A stretch of 47,991 nucleotides of DNA from a virus (IMGVR_UViG_3300032247_000646:1-47991); one strand, 5' to 3'. Positions 1 through 9,150 are shown, counted from the stretch's first letter. Numbers and translations are program-made. Notes: generated by a model from the letters alone, not told the origin.

Positions 1-304
1 CCCCCTGCCCGAAAGCCCAGCCCCACTGCATCAGCGGGTAACCTAAGAACTGGTAAGCCAGACCCAGAACCCCAATCCAGCCGACAGCAGGACGCCAGCC
101 AGAGACAAACAAACTAGAAGAACCTGCTTCAATCTTATTGACCTCGACCTGAGCCAGATCGGTCGTCTGATCGATGCGTTTTTCCTCAAGGTCAAGTTTG
201 CGGTCCTCCAACGCCATCTGGAGCCGCTCTTTATCCGTCGTGATAAGGTCACCAGCGATTTTGCCGACACCTTCAATTATCCCCCCGATCCCTATCAGGT
301 CCAT
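1..304 (-). CDS. 3-TM holin (GTA_holin_3TM-like), 3' end beyond the window edge
   Basis: Not in the ORF track. Read by hand from the ATG at 304, which overlaps the endolysin stop: MDLIGIGGIIEGVGKIAGDLITTDKERLQMALEDRKLDLEEKRIDQTTDLAQVEVNKIEAGSSSLFVSGWRPAVGWIGVLGLAYQFLGYPLMQW... The 'NKIEA..SLFVSGWRP.VGW' signature fits this holin family, and it lies next to the endolysin. Confidence 0.8.
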   Translation of the reverse strand, partial: MDLIGIGGIIEGVGKIAGDLITTDKERLQMALEDRKLDLEEKRIDQTTDLAQVEVNKIEAGSSSLFVSGWRPAVGWIGVLGLAYQFLGYPLMQWGWAFGQG

Positions 305-813
305 TACTTGAGTCCTTGCAGGGTACGGTTGATCCAGCCGAGGAGGAACTTGGACTGTCCCCGGTCTTTGTTGCAGATGTTGGCGTATCGCTGAATTTTG
401 GCAATCGCGTATGAGGCCATGAAGTTCTTCGGCGTGCAGATATTAAGACGTTCAATAGTCTTAGGACCGATAGCGCCATCTGGAGTCGCCCCCGCTACAA
501 CTTGAGCCAACTTGATCGCAAGTCCAACCCCTGCATTCACTCCGAAGTTGAAGATTGTTTCGGCAATAACTTGCTCTTTAAGTTCGTCACCCCGGATCGG
601 ATTCCAGAAATTGTCTTTGTAAAAGCCTCGGACAAGGGGCGTAGCCGATCCAAAATCTTTCTGGTCAATGTACTGCCAACCGGCCCAGTCGGGGTTTGCG
701 TTTCTGGCGATTCCTGCATACGTTTGCCCTCCCCGGTCGCCCGGTATGTTGGTCAATTGGAACCCACCCTCATCGTGGATCATTTTTTCAAATGCTGGAT
801 CAAAGTCAGCCAT
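304..813 (-). CDS. Endolysin, glycoside hydrolase family 108 with C-terminal peptidoglycan-binding domain
   Basis: EGG...D.GG.T.AGI catalytic motif, 'FNFGVNAG', 'DGAIGPKT' and C-terminal 'KFLLGWINR' are typical of GH108 plus PG_binding_3. Confidence 0.9.
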   Translation of the reverse strand: MADFDPAFEKMIHDEGGFQLTNIPGDRGGQTYAGIARNANPDWAGWQYIDQKDFGSATPLVRGFYKDNFWNPIRGDELKEQVIAETIFNFGVNAGVGLAIKLAQVVAGATPDGAIGPKTIERLNICTPKNFMASYAIAKIQRYANICNKDRGQSKFLLGWINRTLQGLK

Positions 814-967
814 CGTGCGGCTTCTTATTAAAAAGGTCGAACAGCGTCTTCACTTTTTCTTCCAGCACGGCGACCCGCAAGTCCAGCTTGGCCAAAACAA
901 CGATGAGCGTAATCAGTGCAAGGATTGCCGGAGAAACCTTAAGGATGATTTCAAATACTTCCATCAT
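806..967 (-). CDS. Small membrane protein (lysis region)
   Basis: Read by hand, below the track cutoff: (M)MEVFEIILKVSPAILALITLIVVLAKLDLRVAVLEEKVKTLFDLFNKKPHDG. One TM helix plus coiled coil; overlaps both neighbours. Confidence 0.7.
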   Translation of the reverse strand: MMEVFEIILKVSPAILALITLIVVLAKLDLRVAVLEEKVKTLFDLFNKKPHDG

Positions 968-1227
968 TTCGCCTTTTGACGTTCTTCCATCAATTTGACA
1001 CGAACCTGCAGGTCATGGATGTCCCGGTAAATGTCTTCTTTCATGACGTGCCGGCGTTCAGCGCTGATTGGACTGTCCGTTGGCACACCTTCCTTGGTAA
1101 TCAGCGCAGGCATCGACCCCTCAATCTTGGTCAATCGAGTTGAGAACTCTGACACCTGACCGAGCAGCCACGCCAACGAGGCAACAATGATTGGGATGAC
1201 CGCCTTGAGAACATCGCCCCAATTCAT
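964..1227 (-). CDS. Small membrane protein (lysis region)
   Basis: N-terminal hydrophobic helix followed by coiled coil; ATGA-type overlaps with neighbours. Confidence 0.7.
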   Translation of the reverse strand: MNWGDVLKAVIPIIVASLAWLLGQVSEFSTRLTKIEGSMPALITKEGVPTDSPISAERRHVMKEDIYRDIHDLQVRVKLMEERQKAK

Positions 1228-1439
1228 AGCCCGAACACCTTCTTGAAAAATTCAGCCGCCACTCCGGGGCCAAACAGCACCGCCGCAATCACCACATACA
1301 GGATGTGCTCGATCCGCGCCATGCGTTTGGACCCGTCATCAAACCGCCCTTGGATGTTTTCGTATCTTTGGGCGCAGATGGCTTCATGAACACTCAGACG
1401 TTTGTCCGTCTCTGAAGCCAACTCGTGAACGTCAGCCAT
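1224..1439 (-). CDS. Small coiled-coil protein with C-terminal TM helix (holin/XhlA-like)
   Basis: 'RLSVHEAICAQRYENI...RMARIEHILYVVIAAVLFG'; likely start MADVHEL at 1439. Confidence 0.7.
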   Translation of the reverse strand: MADVHELASETDKRLSVHEAICAQRYENIQGRFDDGSKRMARIEHILYVVIAAVLFGPGVAAEFFKKVFGL

Positions 1440-1440
1440 C

Positions 1441-1614
1441 TCAATCAAAGCCTCTCAGAGTTTTGGCCAGCCGCGCACGTTGGCCAAGTTTGCCGGGCGC
1501 CTTGGCTGCCTTGTCCAATTTCTTGGCAGGGATGGGTTTGTCACCCTTTACCCCAAGGGCAGACCGCAGCGCTCCCGGCTTCTTGATTGCAGACTGAATC
1601 CACTTCTCAGCCAT
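1441..1614 (-). CDS. Small basic protein (57 aa), possible DNA-binding virion protein
   Basis: Read by hand: MAEKWIQSAIKKPGALRSALGVKGDKPIPAKKLDKAAKAPGKLGQRARLAKTLRGFD. It fills the gap exactly and is Lys/Arg-rich. Confidence 0.75.
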   Translation of the reverse strand: MAEKWIQSAIKKPGALRSALGVKGDKPIPAKKLDKAAKAPGKLGQRARLAKTLRGFD

Positions 1615-1765
1615 TTTCAGGCTCGACGGGTGCTGGCGGTTTTGACTGAGCCTCCACTTCTTTTTGGATGCCCTTAATCAGCGGGTCCGCTTCCACCCAT
1701 GGACGATTGCCCAAGTACTGGAGGATGGCGTTCAGTAAGGCGACAGATACGGTTGCGTTTTCCAT
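1607..1765 (-). CDS. Small hypothetical protein downstream of tail fibre (52 aa)
   Basis: Read by hand: MENATVSVALLNAILQYLGNRPWVEADPLIKGIQKEVEAQSKPPAPVEPENG; AAGGA RBS upstream. Confidence 0.7.
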   Translation of the reverse strand: MENATVSVALLNAILQYLGNRPWVEADPLIKGIQKEVEAQSKPPAPVEPENG

Positions 1766-1775
1766 GTGTAATCCT

Positions 1776-1994
1776 TTAGGCGGCGGCGTTGCGCAGTGGG
1801 GTGAGGTCTTCCGTAGTCCAGAAGTCCTTGGCGATCATAAGCGTCAGATGCTCTTTGTTGCGCTTGATGCAATCGGCCCATTCAGCATCCGACATGAATG
1901 TTGGCTTGCCACCGTTGATCAGGTTCACTGAATCCATAGCGGCTTTGTAGTGTTGAACGATTTCTTCCGCAGTGGGATCTGGAACAAATTTCAC
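1776..1994 (-). CDS. Small tail-fibre-associated protein
   Basis: 72-aa ORF directly after the fibre gene on the same strand, tightly spaced. Confidence 0.65.
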   Translation of the reverse strand: MKFVPDPTAEEIVQHYKAAMDSVNLINGGKPTFMSDAEWADCIKRNKEHLTLMIAKDFWTTEDLTPLRNAAA

Positions 1995-1996
1995 GA

Positions 1997-4759
1997 TTAG
2001 ACTCCTTTGAGTTGAGATTCAAGACTTGCGACCTTGGCTGAAAGTTCCTTGACGGCATTAACCAGATACCATGTAAGGTTATCTGAGTCCACCGACAGGA
2101 CACCGGTGCTTTCCTGCTTAACGCAGTCTGGCAATACTTGCTGGAGTTCTTGAGCGATAACGCCCAATTGAACTCCGGGTTTTTTGATGGCATCTGTAGG
2201 TTTGAGTTCTGAATCCACCTCTTCTGGGAGCCGATACTCAAAGTTACGGATGCGGATACCTTCGATCTTAGCCAGACCATCGGTATTGTCCATGATGTTC
2301 TTTTTAAGGCGCTGGTCAGAAGTCTGGGACCAAGTGCTTGAATTGTTACCCTGATAAACACCACCGCCAGCCGGCGTGATGAACCCAGTGCTACTGCCCT
2401 TCCCTGCCACGTTAGACCCGGAATTCGTTCCTATTACGATTTCATTACTGTTAGTCGCGCTCGAACAGGACACATTTTGACCGACATAAATATTGTAACT
2501 GCCAGTGGTCACAGAGGTCCCGGCTTGGCCAGCGCCGAAACCGAGGGCTACGTTTCCAACGCCAGTGGTTACAGACCTAAGCGCTGCGTAACCAACCGCG
2601 TGATTGTACGAACCAGTCGTTATACTATAACCAGCCTGACAGCCAAGAAGTACAGAATTGCCAATTGCAGTGCTGGCCGCTCCAGCGTAAGTACCAAGGA
2701 AAACATTTTCGCCACCGTCGTTACCACTGCCGCAAACACCAATGTAAGTATTATCGTTTGAAGAGTTAGTACCTCCAGCACCATTTCCTACAAACGTGCA
2801 GTTTCCTCCTCCGGGTCCAACTGACTGTCTTCCGGCCCCGTAACCAATAGCTACAGTTCCAGAAGCAACGGTATTTCCACGCCCCGCATTTGCTCCGATA
2901 AAAGTATTGGCGTACCCACTGGTGTCATTATAACCCGCACTGTAACCAACGAACGTACAATACCCGCCATTACCAATTGCACTGGTGCTGTAACCCGCGT
3001 TTGATCCTATGGCAACACAACCGCCGCACCCATTACCAGCCGTACTACCTAGGTTATAAAACGCTCGATAACCAATAGCGACAGTCTCACCCGCATACCC
3101 ACTGACCGCAGGAGAGGCCAAATAGAGAGCTTGATACCCGATTGCTACGTTGTATGAAGAGGTAGTATTAGTGTAAAGTGAAGCATCTCCAATAGCGATG
3201 TTTGCAACGCCTGTGGTATTAAGCGATAAAGCGCTTTGACCGACAGCAGTGTTATTAGTTCCAGTTGTGTTTTGTAAAAGTGCGTAATTCCCTAAAGCTG
3301 TGAGACTGGCCCCTGACGTATTATAATAAAGCGTCTGAAATCCCAACGCGACGTTGTTTACGCCGGTTGAGTTAGTGTACATTGCTTGGTACCCAACCGC
3401 TGTATTGCTGTTGGTCGTGGTGCTATTGGCAGCTTGGTACCCTAAACTGGTTGTGTATGGAGCACCGGTGAGCGAACGTCCGTAAACCGTGCCCAACGAT
3501 GTGGGCGTAGCGGCAGATCCAGCCGAAATGGTCGTCCAAGTCGGCACCGCGCTAGAACCATTCGAGGTCAAGACCTGACCGCTGGTGCCGTAGTTCGGGC
3601 CATTGAGACCTAGCGCACCAGAACTGTTGTACACCTCCCGTGGATTCCCATCACCGTCTGAGAGCACGATGTAGTTCGACGCTGTGCGGATGTCGAGGCC
3701 ACCTTGGTTTCCGTTGTAGCCGCCGAGGATGGTGTTTTTTGCACCGGAAGTTACGTAATAACCTGCGTTGTATCCAACGAATGTATTGATTAACGCACTT
3801 GCGCTGTAACCCGCTTGGTAACCAATGTAAGTTGCGCCATCTGTTGCTTGGGTATAGCCAGCCCTAGTTCCCAAGAATGTGTTTACGCCACCAGTCGTGT
3901 TGCTATACCCCGCCTGATAACCAACAGCAGTGTTGTTGGAGGCGGTGGTATTTGAGTAGAGTGCGCCTTCACCAAAAGCGGAGTTCTGATTTCCTGTGGT
4001 ATTGCTAAACAACGTATTTACACCAAAAGCAGCATTACTTGTACCAGTAGTGTTGCTTTTTAATACCTGAGCGCCAACGCCTGTAAGCTGACCGGTGGTG
4101 TTTGTAAGACCCGCAGTCATTCCAATCAAAGTTGAGTATGCGCCAGTCGTGTTGCTGTATCCCGCCTGATAACCAACAGCAGTGTTGTTAGAAGCGGTGG
4201 TGTTGGATTGAAGTGCGGACTGACCTATCGCCACATTTAGAGAACCACTGGTGTTGTAGTACAACGTATTTTTACCAATAGCGGCATTTGATTGTGCTGT
4301 AGTTGTGCTATACATTGACGAACTACCAACAGCAGTGTTATATGCGCCCGTTGTATTAGTAAAAAGAGAATTAGCACCAATAGCGGTGTTTTCTCCAGAA
4401 CCACTATTTGAGCCGACTAAAGCACTAGAACCAACCGCAGTATTTGAAACCACAGCGCCAGCACCACGGCCCACGGTGATGCCGTTAACACCAAGTTGCG
4501 CACCATCAAACGTCAGGACCGACCCACTGACTGCCTGACCAGAGCCGTTGATGTAAACCACCCCGTTGTTGGTGATCGGCGTGATCGCACCACCAGCCAC
4601 CGCAAGAAGCGTGACTACGTTGCTGGGGTTCTTGTAAAACAGCTTTCCGTCCGCGATGTTGATCGCCAACTCGCCATAAACCAGATTTCCGGCTGATGGT
4701 GTGTTGGTCGAAGTCGAACTGTAGTACAGCGAAATCGGGGTGTAATTAGTAGCAGCCAT
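1997..4759 (-). CDS. Tail fibre/receptor-binding protein with 14-aa beta-roll repeats and C-terminal peptidase S74 intramolecular chaperone
   Basis: Likely start MAATNYTP at 4759. N-terminal 'P.AGNLVYGELAINIADGKLFYK' anchor; many NTAVG/NxAIG 14-residue YadA-like repeats; 'TSDQRLKKNI' autocleavage motif, 'GVIAQEL' and a terminal coiled coil. Confidence 0.9.
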   Translation of the reverse strand: MAATNYTPISLYYSSTSTNTPSAGNLVYGELAINIADGKLFYKNPSNVVTLLAVAGGAITPITNNGVVYINGSGQAVSGSVLTFDGAQLGVNGITVGRGAGAVVSNTAVGSSALVGSNSGSGENTAIGANSLFTNTTGAYNTAVGSSSMYSTTTAQSNAAIGKNTLYYNTSGSLNVAIGQSALQSNTTASNNTAVGYQAGYSNTTGAYSTLIGMTAGLTNTTGQLTGVGAQVLKSNTTGTSNAAFGVNTLFSNTTGNQNSAFGEGALYSNTTASNNTAVGYQAGYSNTTGGVNTFLGTRAGYTQATDGATYIGYQAGYSASALINTFVGYNAGYYVTSGAKNTILGGYNGNQGGLDIRTASNYIVLSDGDGNPREVYNSSGALGLNGPNYGTSGQVLTSNGSSAVPTWTTISAGSAATPTSLGTVYGRSLTGAPYTTSLGYQAANSTTTNSNTAVGYQAMYTNSTGVNNVALGFQTLYYNTSGASLTALGNYALLQNTTGTNNTAVGQSALSLNTTGVANIAIGDASLYTNTTSSYNVAIGYQALYLASPAVSGYAGETVAIGYRAFYNLGSTAGNGCGGCVAIGSNAGYSTSAIGNGGYCTFVGYSAGYNDTSGYANTFIGANAGRGNTVASGTVAIGYGAGRQSVGPGGGNCTFVGNGAGGTNSSNDNTYIGVCGSGNDGGENVFLGTYAGAASTAIGNSVLLGCQAGYSITTGSYNHAVGYAALRSVTTGVGNVALGFGAGQAGTSVTTGSYNIYVGQNVSCSSATNSNEIVIGTNSGSNVAGKGSSTGFITPAGGGVYQGNNSSTWSQTSDQRLKKNIMDNTDGLAKIEGIRIRNFEYRLPEEVDSELKPTDAIKKPGVQLGVIAQELQQVLPDCVKQESTGVLSVDSDNLTWYLVNAVKELSAKVASLESQLKGV

Positions 4760-7206
4760 CAGAAAGTGCCTCCAGAAACGCCAGACCAAGTCGGGGCGCT
4801 TGAACCGTTAGATAATAAGACCTGACCCGCCGTCCCAGCCGCAGTATAAGCGTGAGCGGTTCCCGTTCCATAACCAGCACCACCGGCAGTCGGGGTCGCT
4901 GTGGAATTAGTCCCGCCATTCGCTATCGCCAACGTCCCGGCAAGTGTAACCGCCCCAGAAGTGGCTGTATTCGGCGTCAGGCCGGTCGATCCAGCGCTGA
5001 AGGTAGTTACCCCCGTCGCAGGTGCCGCTGACCACGTCGGAACCCCTAAAGCCAGCGTCAGGATGTATCCGTTCGTACCCGCCGTAAGCTTCGACCAAGT
5101 GTTCGTCGCCGAACCGTAAAGCAAATCACCAGTCGCTACCGTCGCTGTGCCGGTGCCTCCGGAAGTCGCAGGAACGGTCAATAACGAAATGACCGTGCCC
5201 GATATGCTGATCGGGGAGGTTCCGGTGTAAATCTGAGATGTACTGAACTGAGCAAATGTAATCGCGGTCGTGCCAAACGTAATCGTACCAATCGTCGAAC
5301 AGACGTATGAACTTCCAGCATTCACCGTCCCATTCTGGACGAAGAAGTAGTCGCCTTCGCTCAGCTGCGTTGTTCCAGGACCATAGGAATTTGTGTCGGT
5401 CGAACGGGTGAGAACCGTACCGCCAGTGGCCCATGTGTAGACGCCGTTGTAGGCTTGGTTTACTTCGTTCTTGACCAGTATCCGATTTGTGTTGAGCAGT
5501 GTATAACCATCTAACACCGTCAAGGCCACCGACAGCGTGATCGTCGCACCGACCCCCGAAGACCCATTGTTGTAAGTGACCGTGCCGCCGGTCTGGGCCG
5601 CAAGACTCTGCGTCGTCGCCACTTGTACTGGCTGGTGGTAAGCGATGCCGGTCGAGACGAGTCCATCTACATACTGCTTGGTGGCCAGCTGCAATGCGGT
5701 GGTCGGATCAGCTGTAACCGCCACTGAAGTTAGTCCGGCCAACGTCGATGCAGTACCACCTAACGAGACTGCGGTCGATCCAATCGTCAGCGACGAGTTG
5801 CTGAGGCTGCCATTGGCAATGTTCGTCAGGGTATTGGTTGACCCATTGATTGACGTGCCAGTAAGGGTCGTGATTGTCCCGCCGAGGCTTACCGCCGTGC
5901 TGCCAATCGTGATCGACGAATTCGTCAGACTACCATTGGCGATATTGGTAAGCGTATTCGACGACCCACTGATCGTTTTATTCGTCAGCGTTTGCGTGCC
6001 AGAAAGCGTGGCCACCGTCGCATCTATGGCGATCGTGATATTCGACGCACCGTTATACGAGGTCCCGCTTAACCCAGTGCCAATAGTGAGCGTGCCGGTT
6101 GACGTCGCAGTGACTGTAGTCGTGCCGCCCAGCGAGACCGTCGACCCATTGATCGTGATCGAGCTATTCGTGAGCGACGCATTTCCGATATTCGACAGTG
6201 TGTTCGATGCACCACTTATGGTCGTGCCAGAAAAGGTCGAGAGCGTGCCACCGAGGGAAACCGAAGTCGAGCCGATCGTGATCGAGCTATTCGTGAGCCC
6301 CGCATTAGGGATCGTGGCCACAGCAGTGAACGCGCTCGTCCCGTTTCCAACCAAATATCCAGTGAGCGTAGTCGCCCCGCTACCACCATTTGCTACATTA
6401 AGAGTGCCGCTGAGAGTAATGGCTCCGGACTGCGCGGAGCTGGGCAGAAGACCCGTCGTGCCGCCGCTGAAAGTGGTAACTCCACCTGCAGTCGAGAACT
6501 GCCTCCAGGAACCAGAAGAGTACCCGTCAAAAGTCTGCGTATCGGTGTTGAACCGAATCTGACCCTGCGACCCTCCCACCTGTTGCGCGGTGGTACCCAA
6601 AGGAATCGTAGCAGAGGCCGTGCCGGGGAGGACGACGTTGTCGCTTATCGAGATCGTCGGGCTACCGCTGATCCCGTTACCATTCGTAACGACGATTTGG
6701 CTCGAAGTGCCCGCGATCTGGGTGCTCGATACCGTACCGCCCGTGCTCAAGGTTACCAACCCGTTTGCACTGGCATTAGCGAACCCGAGGACCTGACCAG
6801 TCAGGGACAGCGTAGGGTTCCCAGAGATCCCGTCGCCATTCGTAATCGAGATCCCATTACTACCGACCGCGATCGAGCGCGAGGTTAGCGCGGTGGAACT
6901 GGTCTTCACCTGCAATCCGGTGCCGGAGCTCACCAAAGACAGCAGAGCGCCAGTGGTCGTGACATTAAGCACACCTTGAGCGCCACCGTCTGTGAGTGTC
7001 AACCCATTCGTCGCGCCGAGCCGACGGCTGTTAGCGAGCGACGGTTCCTGATTTACCGTCAAGAAAGTCTGCGTCTGAGCAGGAGAAGCCGCGATCGCAC
7101 CGGTGGTGGTCTGAACCGTCACCCCGTTTTGCACGATGGGAACAGATTCGGTCCCGGTGATAGCTCCAGCGACCGGCAGTTGCGTGATCGTGACTTGTGC
7201 TGACAT
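4759..7206 (-). CDS. Tail fibre/tail structural protein (Gly/Thr/Ser-rich)
   Basis: Repeats of 'LTNSSITIGSTxVSLGGT', 'GVTTFS.G.TGL.P' and 'ANGG.G'; 'ATKQYVD' and 'RILVKNEV...NGVY' fibre motifs. Confidence 0.8.
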   Translation of the reverse strand: MSAQVTITQLPVAGAITGTESVPIVQNGVTVQTTTGAIAASPAQTQTFLTVNQEPSLANSRRLGATNGLTLTDGGAQGVLNVTTTGALLSLVSSGTGLQVKTSSTALTSRSIAVGSNGISITNGDGISGNPTLSLTGQVLGFANASANGLVTLSTGGTVSSTQIAGTSSQIVVTNGNGISGSPTISISDNVVLPGTASATIPLGTTAQQVGGSQGQIRFNTDTQTFDGYSSGSWRQFSTAGGVTTFSGGTTGLLPSSAQSGAITLSGTLNVANGGSGATTLTGYLVGNGTSAFTAVATIPNAGLTNSSITIGSTSVSLGGTLSTFSGTTISGASNTLSNIGNASLTNSSITINGSTVSLGGTTTVTATSTGTLTIGTGLSGTSYNGASNITIAIDATVATLSGTQTLTNKTISGSSNTLTNIANGSLTNSSITIGSTAVSLGGTITTLTGTSINGSTNTLTNIANGSLSNSSLTIGSTAVSLGGTASTLAGLTSVAVTADPTTALQLATKQYVDGLVSTGIAYHQPVQVATTQSLAAQTGGTVTYNNGSSGVGATITLSVALTVLDGYTLLNTNRILVKNEVNQAYNGVYTWATGGTVLTRSTDTNSYGPGTTQLSEGDYFFVQNGTVNAGSSYVCSTIGTITFGTTAITFAQFSTSQIYTGTSPISISGTVISLLTVPATSGGTGTATVATGDLLYGSATNTWSKLTAGTNGYILTLALGVPTWSAAPATGVTTFSAGSTGLTPNTATSGAVTLAGTLAIANGGTNSTATPTAGGAGYGTGTAHAYTAAGTAGQVLLSNGSSAPTWSGVSGGTF

Positions 7207-7550
7207 TAGATCGGGCTCGGTGCGATGGTGTCGTTATTCCCGTTCGTCTCGGGATTGTCGGTGTTCTGCTGCGTCGAGATGTAGAACTCGTTACCGCCGG
7301 TGGTAATCAAGTAGTCATCATTCGCAGCGACACTCACATCCGGACGAGGGAAACGGAGATTGATTCGCTCGGTTTTCCGAGCGGGTAAACGGTACGGATC
7401 GTACTGGTCACGGCATCCCTGATCGCACACCCGAAGACCGGGAAAATTTGGGTCTGGCCCCAAAGAAACGAACGTGCGCTTCATCTTGCATCGATCGCAC
7501 ACTGCAATCGCAAGACTAGCCAGCCCGTGAGTGTCGAGGAATCGAGGCAT
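7206..7550 (-). CDS. Conserved phage protein with CxxC motifs (tail/neck region)
   Basis: 'AVCDRC...LRVCDQGCRDQYDP...RFPRPD'; translationally coupled to both neighbours. Confidence 0.7.
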   Translation of the reverse strand: MPRFLDTHGLASLAIAVCDRCKMKRTFVSLGPDPNFPGLRVCDQGCRDQYDPYRLPARKTERINLRFPRPDVSVAANDDYLITTGGNEFYISTQQNTDNPETNGNNDTIAPSPI

Positions 7551-8623
7551 TATCGTGTGTACACCGCGATGTTCGGAGCGAGATAAATCGGCGAACGATC
7601 GCGCTCTTCCGATTCAGCTAAGGCGAGATATTTCTCAGCTTGCACTTCAAGATACTGGACTCTGTCAAGCGGCACCGCAGGGAGTTCGAGCGACATGCGG
7701 TGTGATAACATCATCTGCACCGCCTCATACCAACGCTGAGGAATCTCGAGCTCGTCCGTCATCGAGCCAACGTCTTGGATCTGCCGCGAATACCAGATCA
7801 CAATCTGCACGAATGCGTCGGAAGGCACTGGCCAGAGCTGCAACTGAGGCTGCGGGATTGTGCGGTTGAACCAGAACTGATAGGGTTGATTGGCTGTAAA
7901 GTTCTGGTTCGGTATGTTCGTGAAATCGTCGCGGTTGAGTCGCGACATTTGGATGAGCCGCGCATTGTTTCCGATGTAAAACTCACGCAGCGCCAGCGTG
8001 GTGCCGGAATATGCACGGATCCGGTAATAAATCACATTCTGACCTGGATCGATGTCTGTCCAGACCCACTGATTGTCAGTGACCGCGATCGAACCGAGGT
8101 TGTCCAAAGTCAACCAAGTCGTGCCATCGATCGAGTACTCTAATGTAATCGACCAAGTCGCGGATCCGCCACCAGCGATGTACGGCAAAAAGCCGATCGA
8201 CCCGGCATAAATCGGGTTGGCAGTGCCGTAGTTTACCGAGATGTTACCGTTTGCGGAAGTCTGCTGGCAGTAGGTATCTACGTTCCCATCGTACACGTTC
8301 GCCACCACACCACCAGCAGAAGTCGAATACGACCCGACCGGACGGTTCATGGTGCGATACAGCACGTTCAGTGCATCGTTCGACCCAACTGGGAGGTAAT
8401 AAATCTGCTGATCAGGTTTGGTCCCTAGGACGATTTTGTCTACAGCCCAGTACTGGATCCCGATGTTGATCAGGTTCGAAAGCAGAAAGTAAAGACTTTG
8501 TTTCGCGGAAAGAATCTGCTCGTTAGTGAGCTCTTCCGCGAGCTTTCCACAACGTCGCGCCCCGTGATCGATCAGGGTTTGAACATTGATTACAGTCTGA
8601 CCAACAGTGCCGGACGTCGACAT
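7550..8623 (-). CDS. Probable head-tail connector/tail tubular protein with inserted beta-sandwich domain
   Basis: Helical N- and C-termini ('LWPVPS...YSRQIQDVG...EIPQRWYEAV...LELP') typical of podoviral adaptors; located after the capsid genes. Family is inferred. Confidence 0.6.
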   Translation of the reverse strand: MSTSGTVGQTVINVQTLIDHGARRCGKLAEELTNEQILSAKQSLYFLLSNLINIGIQYWAVDKIVLGTKPDQQIYYLPVGSNDALNVLYRTMNRPVGSYSTSAGGVVANVYDGNVDTYCQQTSANGNISVNYGTANPIYAGSIGFLPYIAGGGSATWSITLEYSIDGTTWLTLDNLGSIAVTDNQWVWTDIDPGQNVIYYRIRAYSGTTLALREFYIGNNARLIQMSRLNRDDFTNIPNQNFTANQPYQFWFNRTIPQPQLQLWPVPSDAFVQIVIWYSRQIQDVGSMTDELEIPQRWYEAVQMMLSHRMSLELPAVPLDRVQYLEVQAEKYLALAESEERDRSPIYLAPNIAVYTR

Positions 8624-9148
8624 TTAGCACTTCCATCGAGCTAACGAAGCAGCTTTCCTAGTCGGACGACCTTTGTCGTCTTTCATAGGTCCTGGCATCC
8701 CACTCATCCTAGCGCAGAACGATCTCTTCCTTGGTCCACCTTCAGGCTGAGGAGCTTGGAGGTGATGGCCAGTGGCGTTATTATACTTCGCTCTTCCTTT
8801 TGCAGTGAGACCTGCACCTTGAGAAACAGGCAATTTCTCACCGCGACCGACCGAAAGCACCGGACCACCACTTTTCATCTTTGCAGTCTTAGCAGACTCA
8901 CGGAATGCTTTTGCAGTCGGGGCACCGGGTGCACCGGGTTTGCGCATTTTCTCGCCAGACCCTTCGGCGATACGTTGCTGTTTAGCGTGGATGTTGGCGT
9001 ACAAACCGCCGCCTTTGAACTTCTTGCCTTCGTCAGCTTTGGCAAACTCTTTGCCGACTTTTTGCGAAATGCCGACTTTTTTGGCAAACCCCGGATTGTG
9101 CGCAACCGCCTCCATGAGGCGGTGTTGGGCTGGTGATTTGCTTGGCAT
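8624..9148 (-). CDS. Basic protein of three small modules; C-terminal module DUF6321-like
   Basis: Very Lys/Arg-rich; C-terminal 'GLTAKGRAKYN...RKRSFCARMSGM...SLARWKC'; modules joined by FKGGG and MKSGG. Confidence 0.65.
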   Translation of the reverse strand: MPSKSPAQHRLMEAVAHNPGFAKKVGISQKVGKEFAKADEGKKFKGGGLYANIHAKQQRIAEGSGEKMRKPGAPGAPTAKAFRESAKTAKMKSGGPVLSVGRGEKLPVSQGAGLTAKGRAKYNNATGHHLQAPQPEGGPRKRSFCARMSGMPGPMKDDKGRPTRKAASLARWKC

Positions 9149-9150
9149 GA

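Noticed and set aside
43-276. Track ORF of 77 aa on the minus strand
   Set aside because: Wrong frame. The holin-like frame starting at 304 covers the same DNA and has recognisable motifs.
3891-4201. Possible DGR template/variable repeat pair
   Set aside because: There is no reverse transcriptase in the window, both copies are in frame within the same gene and all differences are synonymous.
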